From a virus (Duplodnaviria; Caudoviricetes): a stretch of 64,000 nucleotides of DNA. The stretch is from positions 1-64,000 of IMG/VR virus record IMGVR_UViG_3300001765_000038. One strand, written 5' to 3'. Position 1 is the first letter of the stretch; each line of letters opens with the position of its first letter. The notes beneath the pieces were generated by a model, which was not told the origin of the DNA, made no database searches, and worked only from the letters and a program-made list of their open reading frames with translations. This document shows positions 26,611-37,500 of the stretch, one piece after another. The translations under genes were made by a program, and so were the position numbers.

Positions 26611-29600
26611 TTAAGCAAGAGCAATTAATCTAAAGTTTTTGATCCTAGGCACTTTGGATGTGTTATTAGATCTAAACACAACTTTAACAGTAATTTGATC
26701 ATATTGTACTTCTGTATTATATTTATTGACAATATTATTCATATCATATTCATGTTCTATAAATGTATCATATTTTTCTACATCTTGATATACATCATCT
26801 TCTAATTTGATCCATGGTAATTTCTCAATGTTTGTATAATCAGACTTTATAGCAATTTTATAATAAACATCAATGAATGCATCTTTAGGTTTATTGTAAT
26901 CAAAAAACAATCTAAATCCTGTTGATGGTTGAGCTAATTCAACTATACTTGTTACATAATTTGATAAATTACTTGAACCATCTGAAGCAATAAAATCTAC
27001 ATAATGATCATACACCTGAATTGATACAGGAACTGATCCTAATGGAGTAGGCACTGATGCTGTTGGTAAAATACCATCAACTGTAATAGTTAATGTTGTC
27101 GTTCCATCTGTATAAACTTTAGTAATCATCATTGGACTTATTGATCCAACGGTAGTATTATTTAAAAGTAAATATCTACCCACCTTCAATGTATTGAAAT
27201 TATCAGCTAAATCACCAACAATACCACCTGTAATAGTGATTGTATCATCTAATAATGTTATTGTACTTCCATAATAACCAGAAGTAGTCAAATTAATGAT
27301 ATATCTTTTATCTACGTCTAAATTAATAGTTGGTGAAGGATTATTAATCTTATTTCCTATTGTATAAACAGCATATGAAGGAAGATCTATAACTGGAGAA
27401 AGATTTTCATTTTTACTTAAAATGTATGCTTTAAGTTTAAATGAACTTTCTTTTGTAAAGATGTCTTCATTTTCTTTAGATAAAATAAATTGTGGATTTT
27501 CAAATGTCACATTTTGATTTATTTGAATTGGTATTTCATCTGGTTGAACTTCAATTGAGTTATTTACTAATGCACTGCTATTGAAGGTGTATTGAATATG
27601 TGTTCCTGGCAATACAAAATCTGCACCATTAAAATACATTGTATCCATGCGTCTATCTGAAGTTGCAATGCATTCTTTGTTTCCATAATGACCAGATGTT
27701 ACTGCTGCTACTGGTAATGTGATTGTATAAGTATCCAACTCAACATTTGATACAGTAAATTTACTATTAAGTTCTGTTTGTGAAGGATGTGTCAAATTAG
27801 TTATAACATTGCTAAATGTTACACTTGCACCATTTATGAAACCGTGATTTTGATGAGTTACTCTTACTATTTTTGAACCAGAAGTAAGTTTGAAAGGATT
27901 GATACCTAACATTGACGTTTCAGTATTATTATTCTTAAATGTAAACACACCTGTATTAGCAGTATCAAATTTAGCTTTATATAAAGTAAAACACATGTCA
28001 GTCAATTGATCTGTATCCCATGTGCTGTTATTTTGTGATCTAAAGAATGATCCAGCAGCAGGTTGTTTAGTGATAATTTGACCATCTAAACCAGCCTCAC
28101 CCATTTTAGCAATCCACACCTTAGAATCACTTTGATCTGATCCCATAACGATACAATATTCAACACCATCTTTAAGATATACAGGAGATGGGAATGTGAA
28201 TTTAGATGGAGCTAAAGCTCTACTAGATCCTCTAAGTTCTCTTGGCATTTTTGTTAATGCACCAAACGGTACAATCATTGGACCTGGATATCCATTAACC
28301 ATTTCACGAATTTGCAAGAATATAGATGCTGTAGAATTAAGATCAACTGTATGAAAATAAACATCAACAGCTGTCACAAATATACCACCAACATCACTAA
28401 CTTGGAATGATTGTGCGATTGGATCTAAACCTATAGGTGTGAATGGTCGATAAGCAATAAATAGTGCTGGTAATCCACAACCGTAACAACCTGTATTAGT
28501 TCTTGGCGCTTCTGTTGGAGCAGGTGCACGAGTCGGAGCAGGAGTTACATATACAATTTTTGTAATAACTCTAGGTGGCGTCGGCGCTGGTGTTGGAGGT
28601 GGAGGTGGAGGTGGTATAGCAACATCTGAATATGTTGAAGATTGAGAATTTGTTGTTACAGCACCCACTATCTTCGACCAATTTTCAGTAGTTTGTTTTG
28701 TATCTGAAACATCTCTTGAAACAATCGTACCATTTCTCACAGTCATAATTGTTGTTTGTTTAACTTGAATTATACCATGACCGTCATATTTTGCTTCGCT
28801 ATTAGTAGTAATAGCGTCTTGTGTGTCGGCATCACGCAACGAAATAGTTAAAATGCCTGCGGGTACTCTAACAGTACTGTTATTTGGTATAGTTACAATA
28901 CCATAAAAATTACCGGCGCTATTTGTCTTAATTGTTGATTCTGTGACAATTTTATCAAAAACAAGTGTAGCTTTAGAACTTTGTCCAACGATAGTTTCAC
29001 CTTTAATAAAGGTACCCTTGATGTTAATAATTTTCAAAACATCTTCAGTTGCTGTTACAAATTGTCTTTCTTCACAAATTGTAATTGCTGTAGCTCCAGA
29101 AGTAGTACCCTTGATGACTTCTCCTCTTTCTAATATATCATATGAATGTGAACCATATTGACGGGCGGTTAAGTCTTGATGATCAATGTTTGAACTAATA
29201 TAATCTAAAAATGTTCCGTTCTTAGATGTATAATATAATGTAGTTGCAGCGCTAGCATAAGAAGTTAAAGGAGTATTTTCGATGAACACACTTAAGCGCA
29301 CATTTGGCATCATCTTCTTGCTATACAATACCACACACTTTTCACGCATCCAAGGCGACCAGAGTTCATCAATAACGTTAGTTACTTGACCTACTGTATC
29401 CCAACGTTCTTGCATTTCTGAATAAACACCTGTTCTGCTCCAATTTAATTGATCTGTACCAGTCTGTGTAGTAGTCAATGTAGTAGCAGTAGTGGTAGTA
29501 GTGGTAGTTCTATTGACAACACCACCGATGTTTTGAGTCGATGAAGCAACTCCTGCCACATTTGAAGATGTTGAAGAAGATAAATTTGTATTAAGTGTTG

Positions 29601-32600
29601 TTCTTGCAGTTGTCTGCCAAGAATTCCAAACAGTACCTAAAATACCAGTTGATTGTGCTATCGTCTGAACAGAATTAAAATTACCTTCAGACTTAGTTGT
29701 AACTGACGGAACAGTAGTGGTGTCAACCCATGTATCACCTACTGGGAAAATATTTAAATCACCATGCATTGATCTAATATAAACATAAGGAGTGATACTT
29801 TCACCACTACTAGCTATATTCTGTTTAATAGCAACAACTTCAGTATATGGTAATGTAACCAAATCACCAGTTACTTGATAACCTTTTGATGCTCTCGAAC
29901 TTGTTAAGCTTTCAATCAATTTAACACTATCAGCATAAAATGTAGGACGACATTCTAAATTACCAGCATCAATAGCACATCTATAGCTTGGATTAGCAAC
30001 ATCACCAACACCATGATCTTTAAATTGATCAACAATAAATCCATTTTTATAACGATTCAATCCATTCTCATCTTTGATTTGCATGTTGCTTGTAGCAATT
30101 TCTAAAGATGTTAAAGAAATATAATATTCAGCGTTTTTAACTCTGCTATCTATTTTACCAATGTCTTTCATTGTGTAACGTTTTAAATCTGCAACTTCAA
30201 TATTGATGTTGTTGGAATTTACTTTAACAGTATATGGTGCTAAACTTGCATATGCCAATATAACATTATCATCATTTGGTAATGGTGCTATTGGTGTGTC
30301 ACTTGGAGTTCCTTGTTCTACTCTAAATGAACCTGTTGTATCCAATTGAATAATGTCTCTTCTAGGAAGATAATATGAATAACTTAAATTGATTGGATAT
30401 TTTGATGATAATGGTTCTGTTTGATACAATGAATAATCATATGGATCATATGGTCTAAAATCTAAATAATCACCAATACTTGCATTATTATATACTGGAA
30501 GTTCTGAATAAGTAAATTCATTATATGAATCAATACTATAATAATCACCAGCACCAGTAGTATCGAATTTTTCAAAAATGATTCTAATTGGGCCACTTGG
30601 AATAAATCCTTGAACTGGTGATATTGTCGAATAACTTAATGTGCTAGCTGAGCTATTAGAAACACAACGATAATTATCTGTTACATCAATATTAAAAGGT
30701 GTTGTTACTGTAACCACAGCATCAGGTGTATTAAAATCAAATTTATCAGTACATTGATAAACGCCTATTAATTTAGAACCACCCGACCATGTAGCAAGAA
30801 TATTATTTGAACCTATTACATCATTGAGTTTCGTATAATCAGTATGTGCTATGCTTCTAATTTTTTGCTTTTCTTTAGCTGCTTGTTTTTCTTTTCTTAT
30901 GATCGCTTTAAGATAATATGAACCTGTAGCTAATCCAGTAAGAGTAAGTTCTGTAGAATCTGGTGATTTAGAAAAAGTAACACCATCATTTATACTTAAC
31001 GGATAATTCAAACCAGATGAATTAACAAATAGATAATTTCCAACAACTAAATCAGCAAATGTTTCAAATGGGCGACTTAATGTTATTGTTACAGGAGAAC
31101 CAACACTTACAATGCTAAACATACGATTCACATAATAACTAATATCAATAGATAAATCATCTGCTCCTCTTACTGATCTTACAAATGAGTGATCTAATTT
31201 TTTCAATAAATCAACTGTTCCATGTAACACTGTTCTTTTTACATATATTGAATACCACTCACCGTTATTAGGAATAAATCCGGATCCAAGATCACCAATT
31301 GTTAGTGTTGATGAGTTGAGTACAGTTGAAACACGATATGTTCTATTATCAACACTGATATAATCACCAGAAACTAGTTCTGATGTGAATAATGTACTTT
31401 GACCACTTAATGTAGTACTACCGTATGATTGTACTGAACCGCTTAAGAGTACGTCATCTCCTACCACATAATATAATGCTGTTCCACCATTTTCTTGTAA
31501 AAATCTAACATCTGATATGCCATAACCATCATTCATCATAATTGATACAACATACAATCTATATTTACAATCATGGTAACCAATAATACCACTCTCATAT
31601 TCAATGTTTCTAACATAACATTGTCCAATTAAACCAGCTTCGCCAAGTAATTCAAGATATGGATAAAAGTTTGGTGTTATACCCTGGAAATTTGGAAGAT
31701 TTTGAGCACCATTTACTATAAAATATTGTCCCATATCACTATTGATATTGACATTTTCTATATTTTTATATGTTCTTGCCTTATCGAAGAAAGCAATTTT
31801 ATATCCATTAACTGCTATTTCATAACCTTTGATATATGCTTTTCCGCTATTAATCTTATACACTGCTAATGCAGCATAATCTAATTGTGTTTCGATAGTC
31901 TGTTCATCAGTTGGAGCTTCATAACCAAAATTAAAATTAGGTTTTCTAGTTGTTTCCCATGTTATATTGCCATCACTACTTGGTGTGAAGAATTCATCTG
32001 TTGTTGGTGCTGTTGCACCAGATGTTCCACTGTTTTTAGCAGTAAAAAATACATCATTATAACTAACAATATCTCCTTCTAAATAAACTCTATTTGTAAC
32101 CCATTCACCGCGATCATTATTTCTAAAATCGATTAAATCAATTTTAAAAGGTTCAACTACATAATCACCAGATTCATCGTATGTTCTTCTTGCGAGAACT
32201 TTTTCTAAATCACCTAAACGAGTAGAATTGACTTTAAATTGTTGAGTGCCGTTTTTAACATGTAATAAATCAATAAATTGATCTGATGTAGTATTGTCTA
32301 TTTGATCTTCTAAAAGAATATTTTTAGTAAGTTCAAGTTGAATTTGATATCTATCAGCGCCAGCTGCACCATAATTGGATGAATCAATTGCAATATCTTT
32401 TAATGATGGATCGATAGCAGATGTTACAATATTTTCGACAAAATTTAAACCAACTCTATAAGATGGATAATTACTATATTTGTCAAGTGAAATTGTCTGA
32501 GATAAATTTTGAACAAAGAAACCATTAATATAATACACACCTTCAGTAATAGAAGCTAAAGAACCATAGCCCTTATATGTACTTTCATCGATTATTTTAA

Positions 32601-33072
32601 CTTGAACTTCTGTATCATCTTCAAGATATAATGTTTCATTTTTATTGAATGTTTTAAAGAAATTACCGTCTTGATCTATACCGCCTGCAGTATACATAAT
32701 AAAAATAGTGGGGTAATCATTATCAGTAGATTGTTCAACATGAATCACTGTAGCTTTTACTTGAGTATCAGTACCCACTATTCTTTTAGTTAATAATGAA
32801 TCGATTATCGTATCAGTAGATATATTATTATGAATGAGCTTAAGTTTTATATAATTGGCATTGTTGATAAAATTAATATCACCAGGCACAACCATTGAAC
32901 CATTTTTAAAAATATAATCAGCATTTTGTTTTAATTGATGCTGAAGAATAGATTGAATTTGCGTTAATTCTCTAGCCTGAATAGGGCGGCCGGGAACAAA
33001 TAAAATCTTGTGATAACCTTTTGAAGGATCAAAATCATCATAATACGGCTCGACGTTTAAACTGATAGGCAT
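26611..33072 (-). CDS. Large DUF4815/VrlC-like virion structural protein
   Basis: PYYDDFDPSKGYHKILF, ARELTQIQS, RRTYDESGDY, RYKNGFIVDQF, DPIAQSF, VPRIKNFRLIALA; position after gp8 as in environmental T4-like phages. Confidence 0.88.
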   Translation of the reverse strand: MPISLNVEPYYDDFDPSKGYHKILFVPGRPIQARELTQIQSILQHQLKQNADYIFKNGSMVVPGDINFINNANYIKLKLIHNNISTDTIIDSLLTKRIVGTDTQVKATVIHVEQSTDNDYPTIFIMYTAGGIDQDGNFFKTFNKNETLYLEDDTEVQVKIIDESTYKGYGSLASITEGVYYINGFFVQNLSQTISLDKYSNYPSYRVGLNFVENIVTSAIDPSLKDIAIDSSNYGAAGADRYQIQLELTKNILLEDQIDNTTSDQFIDLLHVKNGTQQFKVNSTRLGDLEKVLARRTYDESGDYVVEPFKIDLIDFRNNDRGEWVTNRVYLEGDIVSYNDVFFTAKNSGTSGATAPTTDEFFTPSSDGNITWETTRKPNFNFGYEAPTDEQTIETQLDYAALAVYKINSGKAYIKGYEIAVNGYKIAFFDKARTYKNIENVNINSDMGQYFIVNGAQNLPNFQGITPNFYPYLELLGEAGLIGQCYVRNIEYESGIIGYHDCKYRLYVVSIMMNDGYGISDVRFLQENGGTALYYVVGDDVLLSGSVQSYGSTTLSGQSTLFTSELVSGDYISVDNRTYRVSTVLNSSTLTIGDLGSGFIPNNGEWYSIYVKRTVLHGTVDLLKKLDHSFVRSVRGADDLSIDISYYVNRMFSIVSVGSPVTITLSRPFETFADLVVGNYLFVNSSGLNYPLSINDGVTFSKSPDSTELTLTGLATGSYYLKAIIRKEKQAAKEKQKIRSIAHTDYTKLNDVIGSNNILATWSGGSKLIGVYQCTDKFDFNTPDAVVTVTTPFNIDVTDNYRCVSNSSASTLSYSTISPVQGFIPSGPIRIIFEKFDTTGAGDYYSIDSYNEFTYSELPVYNNASIGDYLDFRPYDPYDYSLYQTEPLSSKYPINLSYSYYLPRRDIIQLDTTGSFRVEQGTPSDTPIAPLPNDDNVILAYASLAPYTVKVNSNNINIEVADLKRYTMKDIGKIDSRVKNAEYYISLTSLEIATSNMQIKDENGLNRYKNGFIVDQFKDHGVGDVANPSYRCAIDAGNLECRPTFYADSVKLIESLTSSRASKGYQVTGDLVTLPYTEVVAIKQNIASSGESITPYVYIRSMHGDLNIFPVGDTWVDTTTVPSVTTKSEGNFNSVQTIAQSTGILGTVWNSWQTTARTTLNTNLSSSTSSNVAGVASSTQNIGGVVNRTTTTTTTATTLTTTQTGTDQLNWSRTGVYSEMQERWDTVGQVTNVIDELWSPWMREKCVVLYSKKMMPNVRLSVFIENTPLTSYASAATTLYYTSKNGTFLDYISSNIDHQDLTARQYGSHSYDILERGEVIKGTTSGATAITICEERQFVTATEDVLKIINIKGTFIKGETIVGQSSKATLVFDKIVTESTIKTNSAGNFYGIVTIPNNSTVRVPAGILTISLRDADTQDAITTNSEAKYDGHGIIQVKQTTIMTVRNGTIVSRDVSDTKQTTENWSKIVGAVTTNSQSSTYSDVAIPPPPPPPTPAPTPPRVITKIVYVTPAPTRAPAPTEAPRTNTGCYGCGLPALFIAYRPFTPIGLDPIAQSFQVSDVGGIFVTAVDVYFHTVDLNSTASIFLQIREMVNGYPGPMIVPFGALTKMPRELRGSSRALAPSKFTFPSPVYLKDGVEYCIVMGSDQSDSKVWIAKMGEAGLDGQIITKQPAAGSFFRSQNNSTWDTDQLTDMCFTLYKAKFDTANTGVFTFKNNNTETSMLGINPFKLTSGSKIVRVTHQNHGFINGASVTFSNVITNLTHPSQTELNSKFTVSNVELDTYTITLPVAAVTSGHYGNKECIATSDRRMDTMYFNGADFVLPGTHIQYTFNSSALVNNSIEVQPDEIPIQINQNVTFENPQFILSKENEDIFTKESSFKLKAYILSKNENLSPVIDLPSYAVYTIGNKINNPSPTINLDVDKRYIINLTTSGYYGSTITLLDDTITITGGIVGDLADNFNTLKVGRYLLLNNTTVGSISPMMITKVYTDGTTTLTITVDGILPTASVPTPLGSVPVSIQVYDHYVDFIASDGSSNLSNYVTSIVELAQPSTGFRLFFDYNKPKDAFIDVYYKIAIKSDYTNIEKLPWIKLEDDVYQDVEKYDTFIEHEYDMNNIVNKYNTEVQYDQITVKVVFRSNNTSKVPRIKNFRLIALA

Positions 33073-33084
33073 ATATGTTCCCTT

Positions 33085-34551
33085 TTAATATTCTAAAACT
33101 AAGTGAATATCTTCTATTTGCAATGCATTTCTAATAATAGGTATTCTATTTTCAAAGTAAATTATTTTTCCAGTGTTATGTGCGATCTCTGGAACTACTA
33201 CGTTTGCAAGAGGTTCGTTAGAAATACTTCCTCCCACTACTGAAATTGTGTCACCAATGTTAAACCCATTAAATGCTGACCAATTTGATGTAGAAAGTGG
33301 GCGTGAAAGATTTACTTTCAACACTTTTGTAGCAGCATTCCAATCAATCACTCGAGCCCTAGAACCTGTTGTATTATCAACAATTTCTGTATCAACTGTA
33401 AATGAAAGACCAGTATTAGTAACAGTCAATCGATAGCTTGCATCTAACGTATCTGCATTAGCTAATGAACCAGAGCTAGTCAATGGATTTGTAATCAACC
33501 CTATTTGTCTAAAATCATTATTTACAATGTAATCAGCACTGTTACTTCCTTCAATTTTTGTTCCAACTAACAGATAATTAGATCCCAAATCATATATCGG
33601 ATTCGCACCAAGACCAGTTAATGGTGTATAAATTGGAGTTAAATTAGATCCAGTAACTCCAGTAATAGTAATGGAACAATATGAATAACCCGTTCCTGGT
33701 GCTAATATTGTTATCTTCTGTAGCAAATTGTTTAGGCCTCCGAATGTAGCAGATATTTTTAATCCTGAACCATCACCCTTAATATTAAAAAATGATTGAT
33801 CTACAAGTGTTCCTATTGTGCCAGAATATGCAGCATCATTCGTGCCAGGTGCTGTTACAATGACATTATAAATTGCCCCTGCTTGTTCAACAGCAGCTTC
33901 TTGAGCAAGATATTGCAATTCATATGGATCTCCAGATACAGGTTGAGTTGTAACTTGTTTAACTGGATGAAAATTGATTGTTGAAAATCTTACACTATCA
34001 GCAGATGATATAGAAGAAATAAATTTCCAAATATATCCGTCGGCGGTTGTAAATGAACCAAAACCAACACCAACTCCATAATCTTGAGGATTTGATGTTG
34101 AAGCAGTTAAGCCACTGTTATTCCCTAAACAAATATAAACATTACCGTTTGATGTAACAACATAATAATTAGCAACATCTAATGAAATGGGATAAGTAAC
34201 TTGACCAGTTAATGAAATACCCTGAACACCATTATTACCATAATCGCTTCTGTAAATATCGTAATAATTACCACTCGTCCAAACGGTTTTCTTAATACCG
34301 TGAGATACCTCTGATCTTAAAATTCTTTTGAGAAACATCATATTTTCCCAAATGAAGTTTTTACTATTAGTGTTATCGATAGGTGTAGCTGGAGTTGAAT
34401 CAGAAGTTGATTCTAAAGGATTAGTTAAATCCCATCGCATTGAATCACCTAAAAATAAGTATGTATAGATATCTGGAGTCGATCCCTCCATACTCTTTAA
34501 AAATGTATCGACATTGAAAACTCTATAATCATTGGTAATAATAGCTGCCAT
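33085..34551 (-). CDS. gp8: Baseplate wedge subunit (gp8)
   Basis: MAAIIT..RVFN start, W.SGNYYDIYR, NYYVVTSNGNVYICLGN, DGYIWKF, NDFRQIGLITNP, IIYFENR.PI.R...QIEDI. Confidence 0.92.
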   Translation of the reverse strand: MAAIITNDYRVFNVDTFLKSMEGSTPDIYTYLFLGDSMRWDLTNPLESTSDSTPATPIDNTNSKNFIWENMMFLKRILRSEVSHGIKKTVWTSGNYYDIYRSDYGNNGVQGISLTGQVTYPISLDVANYYVVTSNGNVYICLGNNSGLTASTSNPQDYGVGVGFGSFTTADGYIWKFISSISSADSVRFSTINFHPVKQVTTQPVSGDPYELQYLAQEAAVEQAGAIYNVIVTAPGTNDAAYSGTIGTLVDQSFFNIKGDGSGLKISATFGGLNNLLQKITILAPGTGYSYCSITITGVTGSNLTPIYTPLTGLGANPIYDLGSNYLLVGTKIEGSNSADYIVNNDFRQIGLITNPLTSSGSLANADTLDASYRLTVTNTGLSFTVDTEIVDNTTGSRARVIDWNAATKVLKVNLSRPLSTSNWSAFNGFNIGDTISVVGGSISNEPLANVVVPEIAHNTGKIIYFENRIPIIRNALQIEDIHLVLEY

Positions 34552-34576
34552 GGTTTTTCCTCATTTATTGTTTGAA

Positions 34577-34584
34577 TATTTATC
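34577..34584 (-). promoter_or_regulatory. Late promoter variant GATAAATA upstream of gp8
   Basis: Plus-strand tatttatc in the 41-nt gap, 26 nt upstream of the ATG; GAGG RBS. Confidence 0.55.
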
Positions 34585-34592
34585 TTATATTT

Positions 34593-37500
34593 TTAGAAGG
34601 TATAGGCGTAATTGTCTATATTTGAGAGTGGTTCCCATAATGTATTCACACCAACGGGGCCATTATCTGATGTTGCTATTGCTTCTGTAGACGTAAAGAA
34701 ATACAGTGTTGGAACTCCTGCGATTACATAATATACAATATCATTGAATGAATGCGTATCACCTATCACCCATTTAATAACTGATGTAGAACTTTCAGAC
34801 CATGCAGTAATTTTGAAAATATCAACATCACCAGAACATGTAATCACATCAAACGTCACATAATTATTATCACCAGTTGTAGTAACATTTACGGGATTAG
34901 TAAATGTTATTGTTGTAGCATTTGCAGTTGCAACTGTATATTCATCATCAACAATATCGCCTTCAATAACACCATTTATTACTGGTAATAGTTTAACAAC
35001 ATCAATTGTATCACCAGCATTAACAGCACTTAATGTTGAATTTAAAGTAACAGTAGTTGATCCAGTTCCAACATATTGAGCACTATAACTATTTGTTTTT
35101 GCAGTAACTACAAATGAATCTGCTGTTTTAGATTTAACATAATACTCACCAGCAATACATCCGCCACTTGTGAATGATAATATTAATCTATCATCAACTT
35201 CTAAACCATGTGCTGTTAAACTAATTGTTATATCATCAGAAGCTAGAGCATATGTACCAGTACCTATTTCTTCTTTAGATTCAATAATTGTAGTGACTGA
35301 TGCACTATTAACATTATATGGAACTCCATCTAAATAAGAAAATTCATATTCAGGAATAGTATCTGCATCATATAAAAATATTGGATCATTTTCTTGCCGC
35401 CAATTTTCATAATTATAATTTGCATAAAAGGTTGGTTCGGTTGTAGGCAACACTAAATTTCTTATACTTGATAAATCCAATGCGTCTTCATTTTGTGTAA
35501 AATGTGCGATCATTCTAGCTACTTTTGTATGAGTAACTATTTTAATATCACCATACATCGAATAACCCGTTGGATGTAATATATTATTTACTTCAGATGA
35601 ATAACTTTCGATTGGTATACCAGACTTAATAATGTAAGAATAATCTTGATATTTTTTATTATCATGTATTTTTAACAAAGGTGAACTAGTTAAACTTTGC
35701 GATTTGATTAATGTGTTATCGTATATTCCAACACCATTAAGAATGCCTGTACCTTGTGCTCTGTTATATTTTAATGCTACGCATTCAGATTTAGATTTTT
35801 CACCTACTAAAGTAGAACCCTCAACAATTGTATCAGAATATTCATGAAGAATATAATCTTGACTTATTCCTTCTAAAGTTAAAAAGTAACCTGTTTCTGT
35901 TATAAACTCATATGTTTCGCTCATATCATCAACATACAACAAGTTTCTAATTCTATCTATATCAACAACTCTCGCATGGGGTACTGAAAATATATCTATT
36001 GGCGCTGGATCTTGTTTCACATAAACATATTCATTGGTTATAAAGTTAACATTTTCTGAAACTGCTATAGTTGCAGGGAATCGTATCATAGGCACTGATG
36101 AAACACCGATAGCATAATCTGTAAATTTTATGCTTTCAATTTGTCCTATTGATTTACTAAATGATCTTATTTCTGCACCAGTTCCAATATTTGAAGTTAC
36201 TGTTAATACTGGAAATTCTTTGTATCCATATCCACCATCTTGAATAGTAATTTTAGAAATAGCACCATATCCACTATTGTCACTTATATTTAAATTAGGC
36301 ATCTGTGAATAACGATTTCCTTTGTAAGTAACATTAAAGTTCTGAATAGAATTATTTGAAATGTTAGCTCTCAATACAGCATTATTACCATCACCAGTTA
36401 CTTTCACAGATGCATGGGTATATTGTTGACCTGCTGTTGTAAGTGTAGCATTGACAATTGGTCGATCAGCATATGCTTCAATAATAGCACCTGTTCCTGA
36501 ACCCTGTACTGTAACGGTAGGATTATGATAACCTTGACCTTGATTACTATAATATGCCGTTATTATCTTTCCATCTTTTATAATAGGAATTAATGAAGCG
36601 CCACCGCCCGGAAGTGTTCCCGGTGGTGCAACATCATCAACTACTAAAACAGTATCATGTGCTGAGTAACCAGAACCCGAATTAATTATTTCCATTCGTG
36701 TTATGCCCGTATCTACTGTCAACTCAACTACAGCACCTGTTCCATCACCTATCACAGTGGCATATGTGCCATAATAATATCCTGTTCCTGGATTTGTTAT
36801 GCCAACTCTTGTAATAATGCCATTTTCAATGACAGGTGTTAATACCGCTTCAGTACCATTGATTTTTCCACCCTGAATTGTGATAGTAACACCGGTATAA
36901 TTTTGACCGCCATCAACAACAAGAACATCTACAAATGAGCCGTTTTCTAAGATTGGCAATAATTCAGCTCCAGTACCACCTTTAGCACTATCATCTACAG
37001 TAACACTTGCAGTAGTATAACCAGAACCAGGAGTGAGAACATTAATTTTATCGACTTTTGAATCAATAACAGGAGTCAATATTGCGCCATTGCCATAACC
37101 ACCAATTGCAGTAACTGTCGGTGGTGTTGTTTTTGAATAACCAGAACCTTCTTCAGTTATATTAATAGATGTAATTCTGCAAGGAATCCATGCATCAGCT
37201 GCAGCACCAGCACCATCGCCTGTAATTTGTACTGTTGGGTGTGACGTATAACCAGATCCCCCATCAACTATATCAATAGCAGTAATTATACCACCATTGA
37301 TAACAGGTACAGCAGTTGCATTTGAACCACCACCATTTATTATGCTTACAGAAGTGTTTCCTATTGTGTATCCATACCCACCTTGAAGTACTTCAATTCT
37401 AGAAACAAATGTGCCACTAGTCACTAATAATGCAACATTTGCTGTTGCTGTTGCTTGAACACCTAATGGATTATTTGGTGCAGTAATCACAATATTAGGC

